This document shows positions 10,707 through 21,122 of a stretch of 64,000 bases of DNA, one piece after another (position 1 is the stretch's first letter; the number at the start of each line of letters is the position of its first letter). Location of the stretch: NCBI GenBank assembly GCA_035193785.1, contig CP136572.1, positions 3,349,376 to 3,413,375 of the forward strand, read 5' to 3'. Under the pieces are notes generated by a model that was not told the origin of the DNA, did not search any database, and saw only the letters and a list, made by a program, of their open reading frames with translations. The position numbers and the translations under genes are program-made. The stretch comes from Planktothrix sp. GU0601_MAG3. Lineage in GTDB: Bacteria; Cyanobacteriota; Cyanobacteriia; Cyanobacteriales; Microcoleaceae.

Positions 10707-13252
10707 AATGATTAATACTGTAACACCAGTTCCCAAAGGGATTGGCGTTCTATTAAAAGCACCTTTATCGGGGCATATTCTACCCATTGAACAGGTTTCC
10801 CGACCCCGTATTTGCTCAAAAAATGGTTGGGGATGGGATTTCTATTGACCCCGTGAGTCAGGTTTTAGTAGCGCCTTGTGATGGGGAAGTGATCCAACTG
10901 CATCCGTCCCATCATGCGGTGACATTAAAAACCCCTGAAGGGTTAGAAGTGTTGATGCACATTGGTTTAGATACGGTGACATTGCGGGGTCAAGGATTTA
11001 GCCCTAAAGTTAAAATGGGCGATCGCATTCAAACCGGCGATCCCTTAATCGAATTTGATCTGGATTATATAGCTCTAAATGCTAAAAGTTTGCTCACCCA
11101 AATTGTGATTACTAATAGTGATCAAGTGGCAAATTTTCAAGCTAGTTCGGGAGAGGTTATTGCAGGGGAAACAGTTATTTTAGAACTGATTTTCGCCCCA
11201 ACAGTAATTGAAAATAACCCAATTTCTGCCGAGACAATTACCTCGGATGAAATTATTATTCCTAATCCTACCGGACTCCACGCTAGACCTTCGGCCGTCT
11301 TAGCAAATTTAGCTAAAAAATATCAATCCAAAATTCGGTTACAACGGGGCGAGCAAGACGCCAATGTTAAGAGTGTGGTCGGGTTAATGGCCATGGAAGT
11401 GAATAACGGCGATCGGGTGGTTTTGGTGGCCCAGGGGCCAGATGCGGCCGAAGCGATCGCCGAACTCACCGAGGCCATGGTTTCCGGGTTAGGGGAAGAA
11501 GGCAGTCTGCCCATTTCCGCCCCCGCCAGCGTCGCCCAAGGAGAAATATCGAATCCGGCCCCCCGTCGGCGTTCGGACGATCCTAACGTGGTTTTAGGGG
11601 TAGCCGCATCCTCTGGAATAGCAGTTGGTCAAACCTTCCGGGTTAGGGAACAGGAAATTGAGGTGACGGAAAAGGCCGAAAACCCCAATACAGAACGGCG
11701 TAAGTTAGAAACGGCGATCGAACAGGCCCAATTAGAGGTAGAAGCGTTACGGGCCAATGTTCATGGCCAGGGCGATCCGAGTAAATCAGCTATTTTCGCC
11801 GCCCATCAAGAATTATTAGAAGATCCCGAATTAATTGAGATTGCCACCAGCACCATTGATAAGGGAAAAAGTGCCGCTTTTGCCTGGAAACAAGCCTTTA
11901 CAAATAGTGCAGCCCAACTCGCACAATTACAAAATGAGTTGTTATCCCAACGGGCGAATGATGTCCGAGATGTGGGGCAAAGGGTATTAAGAATTCTCAC
12001 CGGAGTTACCTTAACTGGGCCGATTTATCCTGAGAATACTATCTTAATTGCTGAGGATTTAACTCCTTCGGATATGGCAACCTTGGATCGATCAAAAGTG
12101 ATTGGATTCTGTACCGTTGCCGGGGGTTCGACCTCTCACGTTGCGATTTTAGCCCGTTCTATGGAAATTCCGGCGATCGCAGGAACGGAACCTCAAGTAT
12201 TAGATTTACCCGACGGCACACCTGTTATTTTAGATGGCAGTAAAGGTACATTAAAATTAAATCCCACGACGGCGGAAATGGAACGGGTTAAAACCCTACA
12301 AATTGAAATAGCTAAAAAACGGCAAACCGACTTAGCTAATGCCATGAAACCAGCCATCACCACCGATGGACACCGGATGGAAATTGTTGCCAATATTGGG
12401 GGCAAATCGGAGGCAGAAACTTCGGTGAAATTGGGAGGAGAAGGAGTCGGTTTATTGCGAACGGAATTTGTATTTATGGAGCGGACATCTGCCCCCACAG
12501 AAGACGAACAAACGGAAATATATAGTAGTATTGCCCGGGTTTTAGGGAAGGATAGACCGTTAATTATTCGGACGTTAGATGTAGGTGGAGATAAGCCCTT
12601 ACCCTATTTACCTATTCCCCATGAAGAAAACCCCTTTTTAGGAGAACGGGGAATCAGATTTGGCTTTGATCGTCCTGAACTTTTAAGAACCCAATTCCGC
12701 GCTATTTTAAGATCGGCGGAGGCGGGAACATTGCGAATTATGTTCCCGATGATTGCCCGATTAGAAGAAATTAGAATGGCAAAAGCTATGTTAGAAGAAG
12801 AACGGGAAAAGTTAAATCTTCCCCCGGTTTCCGTGGGCATTATGGTGGAAGTTCCCTCGGCGGCGGTGATGGCGGAACAATTTGCTAAAGAGGTGGATTT
12901 CTTCTCCATTGGAACTAATGATTTAACCCAATATACTTTAGCAATGGATCGGGGACATCCGAAACTTGCCCCCTATGTTGATGGGTTGAATCCGGCGGTT
13001 TTACGATTAATTGATTTAACGGTAAAAGGAGCAACTAAAGAGGGAAAATGGGTAGGGGTTTGTGGCGGAATTGCCAGCGACCCTCAAGCAATTCCTTTAT
13101 TAATTGGTTTGGGAGTGAAGGAATTAAGTGTTAGTGTTCCCAGTATTCCCACTATTAAGGCACAAATACGGGAATTAAGTTTAGTTGAGTGTCAAGAATT
13201 AGCCCAAAAAGCATTAAATTCAGAAACGGGGGCGGATGTGCGGGCACTTTAA
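10707..13252 (+). CDS. PTS multiphosphoryl transfer protein: EIIA(Glc)-HPr-Enzyme I fusion. The frame is broken at ~10794-10799 (caGGTTTCcc) and the ORF track starts at 10787
   Basis: EIIA-Glc domain (HAVTLKTPEGLEVLMHIGLDTV). HPr domain (GLHARPSAVLANLAKK). EI domain (GGSTSHVAILARSMEIPAIAGT; IGTNDLTQYTLAMDR). The N-terminus MINTVTPVPKG...IEQV(P)DPVFAQKMVGDG is restored by removing one T. Confidence 0.85.
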
Positions 13253-13253
13253 G

Positions 13254-13279
13254 TAGAGACGTGCCATGGCGCGTCTCTA
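13254..13279. repeat. 26 bp GC-rich near-palindrome TAGAGACGTGCCATGGCGCGTCTCTA (copy 1 of 4), 2 nt after the PTS-MTP stop codon
   Basis: Seen directly. Related copies at 15267, 16273 and 21727. Confidence 0.8.
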
Positions 13280-13292
13280 GCAGTTATCAGTT

Positions 13293-13356
13293 GTAGGGGC
13301 GGGTTTCATCAAGATGCGCGGTGATTAACAAAGGTCTAAAAAAACCCGCCCGTAAC
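13293..13356. repeat. MITE-like hairpin element GTAGGGGCGGGTT...AACCCGCCCGTAAC (copy 1 of 4)
   Basis: Terminal inverted repeats GGGGCGGGTT/AACCCGCCC. Homologous copies at 21588, 44598 and 44711. Confidence 0.7.
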
Positions 13357-13420
13357 AGTTATCGGTTGTTAGTAACAATATCTAATAGAGCCCTGAAGGG
13401 CTCACTACTTAAGAAAAACG

Positions 13421-15253
13421 ATGTTCAAAAACGCTTTTGCTTTATTACAAAAAATGGGAAAGTCTTTAATGCTTCCCGTTTCAGTCTTACCCATTGCTGG
13501 CCTATTATTGGGATTGGGTAGTGCTCGTTTAATTGAATTACAAAATCTGGCATTGGGAACAATTTCTTCCCCTAAATTTTGGTGGCTACCTGAAGGTTTA
13601 GCAACCATTATGAAGACTTCCGGGGATGCAATTTTTGGTAATTTACCGATTATTTTTGCGATTTCCGTTGCGATTGGATTTGCGGAAAATGACGGGGTGG
13701 CTGCTTTGGCTGCAACGGTGGGATTTGTGGTTTTTGTCGCTTCTTTAGGGGCTGCTTCTACCACTTTTTTTGGGTTGAATCCCGAACAATTAAAACCTGT
13801 TATGGGCATTCCTTCCTTAGATACGGGGGTATTTGGCGGGTTAATTATGGGCTGTGTTGCAGCCTATTTATTTAACCGTTATTTCCGAATTCAACTCCCT
13901 CAATATCTGGGATTTTTTGCGGGAAAACGATTTGTTCCAATTGTGACTTCCTTTGCGGCAATCGCCATGGGAATCCTAATGAGCGTGGTCTGGCCGCCCA
14001 TTGGAGCCGCGATTTCTACGGCTGCAAATGCCGCCGCATCCGGTGGAAATGTTAGTCTTACCGCCGCAATTTATGGGCTTGTAGAACGGTTATTATTACC
14101 CTTTGGATTACATCATATTTGGAATGTGCCTTTCTTTTTTCAAATCGGATCATTTCTTGATCCACTTACGAATAGAGTGGTCACTGGAGACATTAATCGC
14201 TTCTTTGCTGGCGACCCAACGGCCGGAATTTTAGGGGGTGCTTATTGGTTCAAAATGTTCGGTTTACCGGCGGCTGCGATCGCTATTTGGCGGACAGCAA
14301 AACCCAAAAATCGAGCGTTAACTGGAGGGATTATGATCTCTGCTGCTTTCACCTCTTTCCTAACCGGAATTACCGAGCCGATTGAATTTTCATTTATGTT
14401 CGTAGCCCCGCCTTTATACGCGATTCATGCAGTAATGGCGGGCTTTTGTGATTGGTTATTTGTTGCCTTGGGTGGACGCATGGGATTTACCTTTTCCCAG
14501 GGATTTATTGACTTTTTCCTGTTTAATGGATTAGGCACAAAGGCGTGGTTAATTCCCGCTTTGGGGCCGTTTTTTGCGGCTTTATATTTCTGTGTTTTTT
14601 ACTTTGGAATCCGACAGTTTAACTTCTCCACTCCGGGTCGAGAAGATGAGGTAGAAACCGTAACCAAAATTACCCCGGGAACAGGTGTAGGGAGTCTGGC
14701 AATGGAGTTAGTTCGAGCGTTTGGCGGACGGAGTAATATTGCGACGTTGGATGCTTGTATTACTCGGTTACGCATCACAGTTAATGATATTAAAAAGGTG
14801 AATAAAGCTCGACTTAAAGCATTAGGAGCATCGGGAGTTTTAGAAATAGGAAATAGTGCCCAAGCCATATTCGGCCCCCGTTCGGAAAATTTAAAAACGG
14901 ATATGATGGAATATCTCAAAAATGCCGGGTCGGAGGCAGATTTGGTTGAGGAAATTACACCGGAAATTACAGAGGTTAATTCAACGGAAGCAGCGATTTT
15001 AACCCCAATCATCTCGGATTCCGAGGCAAAAAATCGGATTCAGCAGATCGTGATTGCCTTGGGTGGAAAACAGAATATTCAGAGTCTTGATGCGGTGGCG
15101 TTAACTCGATTACGAGTTAAAGTTATTGATAATAACCTAGTTGATGAAGACGCATTAAAAGCCGCAGGTGTGGAAGGAGTTTTACGTTTACCCAATGGTA
15201 TATTACATCTATTAGTGGGTTTGGGTGCGGAACAATATGCAAAAAATCAGTAA
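13421..15253 (+). CDS. PTS glucose-family EIICB component (PtsG/NagE-like) with a second degenerate EIIB-like domain
   Basis: The N-terminus MFKNAFALLQKMGKSLMLPVSVLPIAGLLLG is almost identical to E. coli PtsG. EIIB domain DACITRLRI with the active-site Cys. A second EIIB-like repeat LDAVALTRLRV lacks the Cys. Confidence 0.9.
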   Translation: MFKNAFALLQKMGKSLMLPVSVLPIAGLLLGLGSARLIELQNLALGTISSPKFWWLPEGLATIMKTSGDAIFGNLPIIFAISVAIGFAENDGVAALAATVGFVVFVASLGAASTTFFGLNPEQLKPVMGIPSLDTGVFGGLIMGCVAAYLFNRYFRIQLPQYLGFFAGKRFVPIVTSFAAIAMGILMSVVWPPIGAAISTAANAAASGGNVSLTAAIYGLVERLLLPFGLHHIWNVPFFFQIGSFLDPLTNRVVTGDINRFFAGDPTAGILGGAYWFKMFGLPAAAIAIWRTAKPKNRALTGGIMISAAFTSFLTGITEPIEFSFMFVAPPLYAIHAVMAGFCDWLFVALGGRMGFTFSQGFIDFFLFNGLGTKAWLIPALGPFFAALYFCVFYFGIRQFNFSTPGREDEVETVTKITPGTGVGSLAMELVRAFGGRSNIATLDACITRLRITVNDIKKVNKARLKALGASGVLEIGNSAQAIFGPRSENLKTDMMEYLKNAGSEADLVEEITPEITEVNSTEAAILTPIISDSEAKNRIQQIVIALGGKQNIQSLDAVALTRLRVKVIDNNLVDEDALKAAGVEGVLRLPNGILHLLVGLGAEQYAKNQ

Positions 15254-15266
15254 TCAGTAATCAGTG

Positions 15267-15292
15267 TAGAGACGTGCCACGGCGCGTCTCTA
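15267..15292. repeat. 26 bp palindrome family copy 2 (TAGAGACGTGCCACGGCGCGTCTCTA), 14 nt after the EIICB stop
   Basis: Seen directly. Flanked by CAGTAAT and CTGATAA short repeats. Confidence 0.8.
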
Positions 15293-15346
15293 GTGGTTAT
15301 ATTTTAACTTAACTGATAACTGATAACTGTTTACTGATCACTGATA

Positions 15347-16055
15347 TTAGATGGGTTCAAAATCCTTATTAAAATCGAGTTGATTGGCTTGGATTCCTGG
15401 TAAAAATGCAATTAGTTCTTCCAAACCAGATTTGTTAACAAAAATACCCGCTCCGCTTCCATACTCTGATAAGGTTAAATCCTTAAAGGTAATCACATCA
15501 TTTGTTTTATAAACAAAGTAATCTTCACCTACAGTAAAATCACTAATAAAGGCAAAATCCGTTAAACCTGCGGCTGTATAATAGGTGCTAGAATCAGAAC
15601 TCCCTAAATAAAATCCATCTAATCCTGCACCCCCGACTAAGGTATCAATTTCACCTGCTCCTGGAGTAGCCGAATTAACATCAATCCCCGCAATAAAATC
15701 ATCCCCAAGATCACCGGAAACATAATCATTTCCCCCACCACCCCCTAAAAGATCAATACCTTGACCTCCAAACAAAGAATCATTATCGTTTCCTCCAAAT
15801 AATAAATCTGAAACCTAAGTTACCAAAAACTTGATTTTTACCTAATTCTCCCAGCAGCACATCGTCCCCTTTCCCTCCAAATAGCAAATCATTCCCCGGA
15901 CTACCATAAATAACATCTGCTCCTAGATTGCCATTCATCGTATCATCGCCTTCAAGACCTTGCAGGGTGTCATTTCCCCCTAAGCCGTAAATTTCATCGT
16001 TTTCAATCAATCCAACTAGATTATCATCCGCTTCAGTTCCTAAAATTAAAGTCAT
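15347..16055 (-). CDS. hemolysin-type (RTX) calcium-binding repeat protein. The frame is broken at ~15808-15815; the ORF track shows 15783..16055 and 15347..15775
   Basis: GGxGxDxL nonapeptide repeats throughout (LGGNDTLQGLEGDDTMNGNLGADVIYGSPGNDLLFGG...). Removing one A from ctGAAACc joins ...GNLG SDLLFGGNDNDSLFGGQG. Confidence 0.7.
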
Positions 16056-16272
16056 TTTTTTAATCAGTTATTAGTTATCAATTATCAGTGATAAAACAAT
16101 TGTTGGTTGTTGTCAACTAAAATTATAGCAATAGGGAATAGATAGGCAATAGGGAATAGGTAAATACTTACTATGGGCAGCTTTTAGCTTTCAAGAATGT
16201 CCTAACAGATACGGCAACTGCTATGATATTTATACTTGATTGACGGGATTTTTTTGATAGACTGAGAACCAC

Positions 16273-16298
16273 TGGAGACGCGCCATGGCACGTCTCTA
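16273..16298. repeat. 26 bp palindrome family copy 3 (inverse orientation), immediately 3' of the minus-strand ComF-family gene
   Basis: GGAGACGCGCCATGGCACGTCTCTA. Flanked by GGGAATAG and CTGATGA short repeats. Confidence 0.8.
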
Positions 16299-16304
16299 CA
16301 GTGA

Positions 16305-16970
16305 TTACTGATGACTGATGACTGATTTTTGAGTGGTGGCGACCGCCACAATACCCGCGACAGAAATTCCCGATTTTTGGAGTTGATCAATGGCCGATTT
16401 AACCGTCGCACCGGTTGTATAAATATCATCTAAAATTAAAACTGAACCATTAGGAGGGCGACGCCGGAAATCCTGACCAATATTAAACACACTTTGCATT
16501 TCTTTTAAACGTTGACTGGGCGAAAGTTCGTGCAGTGATTCCGTCTGTTTAATTCGTTCTAAACCATGAGAAGATAGGGATAAACCCGTGAATTGACAAA
16601 AACTTTTCGCTAACAATTCGGCTTGATTAAACCCGCGTTTTTTCAACTTCGCTGGGTGTAGGGGAATGGGTACTACGGTAACAGGGGAGATCCCCGACCC
16701 GGGCGTCGATAACCAAGTTTCTGCCAATCCATAGCCCAAAGGTTTAGCTAATTCGGTATGATGATTATATTTGATAGCCGCGATCGCTCGTTTGAGAACA
16801 TCTTTGTACTGTCCCCAGACACAAAGCGGCACCTCAGAGGTAAATTTGGCTCCAGGAGGAAACCGACAGCGCAGTAACTGTCGTTCACAATAATCACAAA
16901 GTTCTGTTGTTGCAGGTCGGTTACATAACGGACAGTTGGGTTTGAGAAATAAACTTAAGATCGCTTTCAC
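16305..16970 (-). CDS. ComF-family protein (double zinc-ribbon + phosphoribosyltransferase domain)
   Basis: N-terminal CPLCNRP...CDYCERQL Cys4 motif and C-terminal PRTase motif VLILDDIYTTGATV. Confidence 0.7.
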   Translation of the reverse strand: MKAILSLFLKPNCPLCNRPATTELCDYCERQLLRCRFPPGAKFTSEVPLCVWGQYKDVLKRAIAAIKYNHHTELAKPLGYGLAETWLSTPGSGISPVTVVPIPLHPAKLKKRGFNQAELLAKSFCQFTGLSLSSHGLERIKQTESLHELSPSQRLKEMQSVFNIGQDFRRRPPNGSVLILDDIYTTGATVKSAIDQLQKSGISVAGIVAVATTQKSVISHQ

Positions 16971-17015
16971 AGTTCAGGTTTTCAGATCAAGTTATTACTA
17001 AATTTAGTTGAAAGT

Positions 17016-19463
17016 GTGGATAATTTTTATGGGCTTCACGAAATTCAATCTCATCATCGCGATGTTGTCGGGGAGCCAGCCTTTTATTTAAGCCAATTGC
17101 TCCATCAGGGTTATCCGGTTTTACCCGGTTTTGTAGTTAAGAATCAGTTATTTTGGGAGATTTTACAAACCATTGATTGGTTACAACCCCTATTTGTCGA
17201 TTTACCCAAATCATCCCTCTATTTTGACATCAATCAACCCCGTCAATTACAAATTATTGCTCAACACCTTTGTCAACAACTGATTGATAGTCGTTTACCC
17301 CCGTCCTGGAGTCAGAAAATCCAAGACAGCATTGACCAATTAAAAGCCCCAGCGTTGATTTTTTATCCCAGTCTGAGCACTCCCCATCACTTACAAACAT
17401 CGGGACTTTTTAAATCGGTGATCAGTTGGGCGGGTACTCCCACAGCTTTATCGGGATTAAAACAAGCCTACTGTGAATTTTTTCGGGCTAAAAGTTTATT
17501 ATATTGGCAAAGATACAAGATAGAATTACAAGATTTATGTCCTGTGGTCTTAGTTCAACCCCTCCAGTCTACGATCGCTTCCGGTTTTGTTGAAATTCGC
17601 CCTCACGGTTGGGAAATAAACTCCACTTGGGGTTTGGAATTTTCCCTCTTATGGGGAGAAAGCCATCCTGATATTTATTTAATCCAACCCCAAACGGGAA
17701 TCATTCAACAACAACAATTAGGCTCTAAAACCATTCTCTATAATTTAAAATCTACTCCTGATCAACCCACAAAATATCCGATTCCCCAAAAACAATTCGC
17801 AATTCCAAATACTCAATTTCCAATTTATGCTACCTCGATTTCTGAACAGCAACAGGGATTTTCCCTAACTCCGAAACAACTACAAAAGTTAATCAATTTT
17901 ATCCAAAATATTACACAGTTTAATCCGGCAATTACTCGATTGGATTGGCGTTTATTACCACAGCCTCAAACTCAAGAACCCCAATTCTATTTTGTCGGTG
18001 TTCACTGTTCCGAAAGCAGTCCCCATTCTAGTTCTGTCATTTCCCATTCTAGCCCCCATCAACAGCATTTTCAAGGACTAGCTCTAGCATCGGGAAAATC
18101 TCAAGGAACTGCATATATTCTAACGGAAACACAACCCATACCCTCACAATTACCGGAGAATACCGTGTTAGTCGTTCCGGCAATTACTTGGGATTATTTA
18201 CCCCTATTAAAGCAGACTGTTGCTATTGTTGCTGAAAAGGGAGGAATGACCAGTCATGGCGCAATTGTGGCGCGAGAATTGGGTATACCTGCTGTTTGTG
18301 GAATCGTGAATGCAACCCGGGAAATAAAAATGGGTGAGTCTATTTTTGTTGATGGAAATTATGGGGAAGTTTATGTGATTAAGCCTGATTATCCGGTTGA
18401 TCAAAAGTTTGTCAAACGAAGTTTTGAACCACTGAAACCGACTCGAAATATTACCTATGCAAATTCTACCCCCTTGATGGTTAATATTAGTCAATCAAGT
18501 TCTATCCAGCGACTTCATTCTTTACCCATTGATGGGGTAGGTCTATTGCGATCAGAATTGATCGCTCTTGAAATATTAGAACGTTCTGAATATCCGACCA
18601 AAAATTCCTGGGTTTCTCAGAAAGTTGGGGACAAATTATATGATTTTAATACCTGGATTTCATCCCAAAAACAGCAAAAGTTTGTTCAAGAAATGACTGA
18701 ACTTATTCATCAGATGGCTATGGTTTTATCCCCTAGACCCGTTTATTATCGCTCCTTGGATTTAAGAGAAATAGAACAATCGGTATCGGGATTAAATTAT
18801 TTTTACCCCCTCCTGGGTAGTGGGGAGAGTAAGAATAGGAAATTATCCTCTCAGGATAGTATGAATAGGGGAAATTTTCCAGCTTCAGATTCTCCATCTT
18901 TAGAACGTCTGATTTTATTTGATTTAGAAATTCAAGTATTATTAAGATTGTATGAATCGGGAAATAAAAATATTCATTTAATTATACCATTTATGCGTTC
19001 TGTTGAAGAATTTACTATTTATAAAAAGCGGATCGAAGCATCGGAATTAATCCATTATCCTGAGTTGCAATTGTGGATTATGGCGGAAGTTCCGTCGATT
19101 CTATTTTTATTACCTGATTATGTGAAAGCTGGGGTTCAAGGAATTTCAATTGGAACCAATGATCTGACCCAATTATTATTTGGAATTGATCGAAATAAAA
19201 TGCAGGTATTCCCAGGTTTATATGAAAGTAATCCCGCTTTAAAAAAAGCGATAAAACAGTTAATTGAAATGGCAAAAACAGCGAATATTCCCTGTTCAAT
19301 CTGTGGAGATGCTCCAGCTTTATATCCCGAATTAATTGCAGATTTAGTTCAGTGGGGAATTACGTCGATTTCCGTTAATTTAGATGCCGTTGAATCGACC
19401 TATATGGCGATCGCTAAATCAGAAAAACCCATTCCCCTAGAAACCTCCCACCATCATCTTTAG
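17016..19463 (+). CDS. PEP-utilizing enzyme, phosphoenolpyruvate synthase-like (divergent)
   Basis: Central mobile His domain (GGMTSHGAIVARELGIPAVCG). C-terminal PEP/pyruvate TIM-barrel (MAEVPS...GISIGTNDLTQLLFGIDRN). N-terminal region weakly PPDK_N-like. The domain order is the same as in PpsA. Confidence 0.6.
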   Translation: MDNFYGLHEIQSHHRDVVGEPAFYLSQLLHQGYPVLPGFVVKNQLFWEILQTIDWLQPLFVDLPKSSLYFDINQPRQLQIIAQHLCQQLIDSRLPPSWSQKIQDSIDQLKAPALIFYPSLSTPHHLQTSGLFKSVISWAGTPTALSGLKQAYCEFFRAKSLLYWQRYKIELQDLCPVVLVQPLQSTIASGFVEIRPHGWEINSTWGLEFSLLWGESHPDIYLIQPQTGIIQQQQLGSKTILYNLKSTPDQPTKYPIPQKQFAIPNTQFPIYATSISEQQQGFSLTPKQLQKLINFIQNITQFNPAITRLDWRLLPQPQTQEPQFYFVGVHCSESSPHSSSVISHSSPHQQHFQGLALASGKSQGTAYILTETQPIPSQLPENTVLVVPAITWDYLPLLKQTVAIVAEKGGMTSHGAIVARELGIPAVCGIVNATREIKMGESIFVDGNYGEVYVIKPDYPVDQKFVKRSFEPLKPTRNITYANSTPLMVNISQSSSIQRLHSLPIDGVGLLRSELIALEILERSEYPTKNSWVSQKVGDKLYDFNTWISSQKQQKFVQEMTELIHQMAMVLSPRPVYYRSLDLREIEQSVSGLNYFYPLLGSGESKNRKLSSQDSMNRGNFPASDSPSLERLILFDLEIQVLLRLYESGNKNIHLIIPFMRSVEEFTIYKKRIEASELIHYPELQLWIMAEVPSILFLLPDYVKAGVQGISIGTNDLTQLLFGIDRNKMQVFPGLYESNPALKKAIKQLIEMAKTANIPCSICGDAPALYPELIADLVQWGITSISVNLDAVESTYMAIAKSEKPIPLETSHHHL

Positions 19464-19520
19464 GGTCGGGGCGAGAAGACCCCGCCCTCAACCCCAGGGC
19501 TGTTTCATTCTTTGTAGGGG

Positions 19521-19640
19521 CAATCCCCCCGTGGTTGCCCCAATCCCCCCGTGGTTGCCCCAATCCCCCCGTGGTTGCCCCAATCCCCCCGTGGTTGCCC
19601 CAATCCCCCCGTGATTGCCCCAATCCCTGAAACGCCTGCA
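19521..19640. repeat. tandem array of five 20 bp units (CAATCCCCCCGTGGTTGCCC) plus a degenerate sixth, bracketed by a 17 bp inverted repeat (CAGGGCTGTTTCATTCT at 19495 and AGAATGAAACAGCCCTG at 19701)
   Basis: Seen directly. ORF-track entries 19414..19731 and 19488..19724 are translations of the repeat. Confidence 0.85.
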
Positions 19641-19740
19641 AATCGGGGATTGGGAGGGTAGGCACGGGGGCACTACCCCTACAAAACCCGGGTTTCCCTG
19701 AGAATGAAACAGCCCTGCCCTCAACCCTCAACCCTCAACC

Positions 19741-20248
19741 TTAATATTGAGTCCGTTGGAAGGCTTCTTCCGGGGAAATATTACCGTAAATTACCGATAA
19801 AATTCCGGGTAAATAGTCATCCATCGTTGAAACACTGGTATAGATTAAATGTTTAATTAATGCCGGATTTAGAGCCGCATCTTCCGCATCTAAACTGGTT
19901 TTATATCGAAGTTCCCCATCTTGGAAATTCATTTCAAAATTTCCCACCACTGTCCCATAGTTGAGCAGGGTAATAAATGTCGCCATATTGTAGCGTTTAT
20001 ATTCAGGAAACCTTCACCGGACAAATGGAATAAACCGCAATTTGCCGTTCTTCTTCCCTAACAATTGTATAACAATCAAATCGGCCGTTTTTGCCCTCTA
20101 CACCTAATGCCAAGACTCGCCGATGTTCAATTTCTCTATAAACCCAACCATCTAGGGTCATAAAGTCAATGAGCACATCAAATACAGCCCGATCTGATGG
20201 GTATTCTTGAGAAAGTAATTCCGGGTTTTGTTCTGACACAGTAAACAT
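19741..20248 (-). CDS. YbjN-domain protein (putative sensory transduction regulator family). The frame is broken at ~20006-20011 (caGGAAACc); the ORF track shows two 81 aa halves
   Basis: Removing one A gives ...DCYTIVREEERQIAVYSICPVKVPEYKRYNMATFITLLNYGTVVGNFEMNFQDGELRYKT, a typical ~165 aa YbjN fold signature. Confidence 0.55.
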
Positions 20249-20297
20249 CCTTAATTTTCCTATATCTACAACGTTCTTTGAGTAGTGGCTTCAACAA

Positions 20298-20900
20298 TTA
20301 CGCTCGATGGGAGTTATCCGGCGTTGGCATATTATACGCAATTTTATTTGCTTTGGCACTCCGGTAAACAATATTAGTTAATTCATAATAAATGGGGGGA
20401 TACAAGGAGTAAAGTTGACCATAATAAAATCGATTTTTATATCGGTTATAATCTTGAATTTTTTTTCTAATTCCCGATCCTAAACGAGAATTTTTTTCAA
20501 AGGTTTTATCACTCTGTTCAATTGTCCATTTAATTTCTTCACCCTCAACCCCGCGACTAATTAAATCAAAACACTGTTCAAGAACTTGACTAATTCTTTC
20601 CCTGTCTTTAGATTGAAATTCTAATCCCTCTTGATCAGAATTTCTGGGTAATAACTGCAACCGATAGCATCCATTGGGATCAGCATGGGGATACCAACCG
20701 AGTTTTAAGGTATAACCCTTTTGATTAATAATCCAGTCTGTTTCCTTAAACTCAATTGATTGGAGTACGAGCAAGTTTTCATTATAAAATTGCTGATTGA
20801 GAATGCGACCATCCTGTACAAACGGATCTTCATCCCCAAAAGAATTATGAGTGATTGCCCAACCACTAGGAATATTCAGACGAACAAGGTTTGATTGCAT
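20298..20900 (-). CDS. hypothetical protein (200 aa), likely co-transcribed with the downstream YbjN-like gene
   Basis: Long ORF on the same strand as YbjN with a 50 nt gap. No family recognised. Confidence 0.4.
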   Translation of the reverse strand: MQSNLVRLNIPSGWAITHNSFGDEDPFVQDGRILNQQFYNENLLVLQSIEFKETDWIINQKGYTLKLGWYPHADPNGCYRLQLLPRNSDQEGLEFQSKDRERISQVLEQCFDLISRGVEGEEIKWTIEQSDKTFEKNSRLGSGIRKKIQDYNRYKNRFYYGQLYSLYPPIYYELTNIVYRSAKANKIAYNMPTPDNSHRA

Positions 20901-21122
20901 AAATTAGGATTGACTGGATCAAGAATCAAGTAAACTCAGCTATCTGGTGTGCCGTTAGCAGCCATTAATATCGCTTTCTGCCCACTTCTGACGAATTATA
21001 ATGCAACTTCTGATCAATATCATGTTTTTTTATAGACCGCAAGGCAAATATCCCCGTTACCTGTTTCGGATCTAAGGCTGATGGGCGGATTAATGGAGGT
21101 GTGATTGCATTGAAGTGAGTTT

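Noticed and set aside
19414-19731. Two overlapping minus-strand ORFs (105 and 78 aa) with repeating GIGATTGGLGQPRGDWGNHGG
   Set aside because: They are the literal translation of the 20 bp tandem repeat array. No start context is present, and the periodicity is that of the repeat rather than of codons.
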